DNA from: Escherichia phage vB_EcoM_G2494
Length of the DNA: 64,000 nt
Strand: one strand, 5' to 3'
Sequence record: MK327935.1
The notes beneath the pieces were generated by a model, which was given only the letters and a program-made list of their open reading frames with translations, was not told where the DNA came from and ran no database searches. Below, piece by piece: positions 62,202 through 64,000 of the stretch (positions are counted from its first letter, which is position 1; the number at the start of each line of letters is the position of its first letter). The translations under genes were made by a program, and so were the position numbers.

Positions 62202-62230
62202 AGTATAGGGGATACGTGATCCCCTGTCAA
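62202..62230 (-). promoter_or_regulatory. sigma70-type early promoter with palindromic spacer
   Basis: TTGACA-ggggatcacgtatcccc-TATACT on minus strand. Confidence 0.6.
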
Positions 62231-62322
62231 CAACTTTTTTGAATTATTTTTTCATGAGCTTAATGGCTTCTTCCATAGCCAGCACATTTCGATAGTTAGG
62301 GTATCGTGTTAGATCGTCATAC

Positions 62323-62354
62323 ATTCGCTTAAGGGTGGATTCGCTTAAGGGTGG
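62323..62354. repeat. perfect 16-bp tandem duplication (attcgcttaagggtgg x2)
   Basis: copies at 62323-62338 and 62339-62354. Confidence 0.8.
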
Positions 62355-62589
62355 AAACTTCCTCAAACTCTGGGTTTTCTAGATACAGTTGAACAAATTG
62401 TTTCTCTACCATCTCGGCTTTTAGCTTGTCTGCTTGTTCCTGTTCATATGATTTAGTTGGACCCAACACCAACAAAATGATAAAGGTGATCAACGATAGG
62501 AGAACATAACCGATAACGCTACGGTTTAAACGGCTTGCGTACATGCCTACCAGGAAAACAAAAAGGATATAGATAAACAGAAAGAACAT
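62329..62589 (-). CDS. small membrane protein, C-terminus truncated by a 16-bp tandem duplication
   Basis: 86 aa with two hydrophobic segments; removing one repeat copy extends the frame to ~109 aa ending at ~62244. Confidence 0.5.
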   Translation of the reverse strand: MFFLFIYILFVFLVGMYASRLNRSVIGYVLLSLITFIILLVLGPTKSYEQEQADKLKAEMVEKQFVQLYLENPEFEEVSTLKRIHP

Positions 62590-62596
62590 ATAATGG

Positions 62597-63070
62597 TTAC
62601 TCCTTATTTTCGCGCTCGTACTTTTCGAAATAAAATTCTACTGGCTGGTCGTGGATTGACAGTAAGCCAAAGCGTTTAGCCGCTCGCAATCCCATATTGC
62701 GCTGAATGTACTTCTGGAAGTTCTCGCGTATACACTTACGCCAGTATTCTAAGCCCATACAGCTTTTGTAAAGATTGCATTGCACACAAGCCGGATTCAT
62801 ATTATCAAGTATATCGTGCTCCGGTTTATGCATTCCTACAACCTTATACTTCCACGATCCATCATCATTACGGGCAATTCGTCCATTTTCATCATAGACT
62901 ACCTTTGAGCGTCGCAATACTGGTTTGATGTGGTCTGCGTGCCATCGGTCCCCTAGTTCCTCGCCACAATAGGCACAACGCCCACCGTATTTCATTTTCA
63001 GGATCTGGCGTTGCTCTTTCTTTGACAATTTTTTAGGTTTAGGGGCTTTCGCCCCTTCATTATCACACAT
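62597..63070 (-). CDS. HNH endonuclease
   Basis: 157 aa; CAYCGEELGDRWHADHIKP ... NMNPACVQCNLYK HNH/zinc-finger motifs; basic N-terminus. Confidence 0.65.
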   Translation of the reverse strand: MCDNEGAKAPKPKKLSKKEQRQILKMKYGGRCAYCGEELGDRWHADHIKPVLRRSKVVYDENGRIARNDDGSWKYKVVGMHKPEHDILDNMNPACVQCNLYKSCMGLEYWRKCIRENFQKYIQRNMGLRAAKRFGLLSIHDQPVEFYFEKYERENKE

Positions 63071-64000
63071 CGAATACCTCTTTTACTGTATTTGCAGTGG
63101 TCTTGTCGTAGCGAATACGTTTGATGATCGGGAGAAATAAAGAGAACTCCGGTTCATCTTCTTTACGTGATTTGCTGCGGATATACCCGTTGCATGTCAT
63201 CTCAATGACTTTTCCAATCAGGTTATGACGGTCAGCCCATAACATTTCTCGGTCGAGTTCATTTCGACGATCGAACGGAATTACACGTTCAGTACCATCA
63301 TCACCTTTTTCGGTTGTAGTGTCGGTTAATCCCGATCCGGTGTTAGTCATCATTCGTCCGCACGCACTACGGACAGTAAAACCGCCTACCTTATTGGGGT
63401 CTTTACTATGCGGATATGCATCAACAATTTCCGCGTCGAAGTCAATCACTTCTTTAAATTTAACCTGATCTTTACTACGGCGATCTTCAAATACACCATG
63501 TAAATTTTTAAGGATAATACCTTCTAAGCCCATGTTTACATAGCGATGATATACTTCGCGAGCTTCATCGATATTGTTAACTACAGTGTTTTCGATTATC
63601 TGAACACGAGGATCGTTAAGTTCTTCAACAATCTGTTTTAGTTCTTCGAATCGATCTTTATATTGCTTCGTTGCTTTCTCGTTTCCGTAATACACATCAC
63701 GGTCGATAACATCCCAGACAGTGTAAACAATACATTGGGCTTCTTCTTTTGGAATAGTTCCTTTAAGTGATTTGTTGAGGATACCATTTCCGGTCTGACG
63801 ATCTGCAACAACGGATTCTTTCACTGCTTCCGCTACTGGCGTTAATGGCATTTCCTCTTCTTCAAATATCCATGACAGAGTACCATCATAAACGCTTTCA
63901 ACGAAGTTCTGCGCTGGTGTTTGCGAAAGGGTAGGCATATATACCAATTCGCCATCTAGAACAATTCCACGGCCTCGTAGACGCTCTAAAACCGCAAACA
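63063..64000 (-). CDS. 30: ATP-dependent DNA ligase gp30, C-terminal part (gene continues beyond window end)
   Basis: ligase motifs EGIILKN and DQVKFK; track ORF starts at an internal Met (63947) but the frame is open to the window edge. Confidence 0.7.
   Translation of the reverse strand, partial: FAVLERLRGRGIVLDGELVYMPTLSQTPAQNFVESVYDGTLSWIFEEEEMPLTPVAEAVKESVVADRQTGNGILNKSLKGTIPKEEAQCIVYTVWDVIDRDVYYGNEKATKQYKDRFEELKQIVEELNDPRVQIIENTVVNNIDEAREVYHRYVNMGLEGIILKNLHGVFEDRRSKDQVKFKEVIDFDAEIVDAYPHSKDPNKVGGFTVRSACGRMMTNTGSGLTDTTTEKGDDGTERVIPFDRRNELDREMLWADRHNLIGKVIEMTCNGYIRSKSRKEDEPEFSLFLPIIKRIRYDKTTANTVKEVFDV

Overview
This window is a T4-like (Tevenvirinae-type) myovirus genome segment. It reads, left to right: the gp2/gp4 region on the minus strand; the plus-strand late structural module gp53-gp5-gp6-gp7-gp8-gp9-gp10-gp11-gp12-wac-gp13-gp14-gp15-gp16-gp17-gp18-gp19-gp20-gp67-gp68-gp21-gp22-gp23-gp24; a minus-strand block containing hoc; uvsW/uvsW.1 (plus) and uvsY-gp25-gp26 (minus); the second baseplate cluster gp51-gp27-gp28-gp29-gp48-gp54 (plus); then a minus-strand early region with two ADP-ribosyltransferases (alt and a shorter paralog), about 25 small genes behind sigma70-type early promoters, an HNH protein and the C-terminal part of DNA ligase. 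Calls rest on my recollection of T4 protein sequences, conserved motifs and gene order; no database search was run. The most notable feature is in the terminase large subunit gp17: it is encoded as two overlapping ORFs separated by an intein that is split after a short N-terminal fragment of about 27 aa, with a Vsr-like endonuclease module fused in frame behind that fragment. Other notable features are two free-standing homing endonuclease genes (HNH-AP2 and GIY-YIG), a perfect 55-bp tandem duplication that frameshifts the essential gene 15, a three-gene early cassette with an N6-adenine methyltransferase inserted between gp8 and gp9, an operon pairing a DUF262/ParB-like protein with a C5-methyltransferase-like protein, and a seven-member paralog array of small early proteins sharing an HxHW motif. 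Raw coordinates of small motifs may be off by 1-2 nt; CDS coordinates follow the ORF track unless stated.
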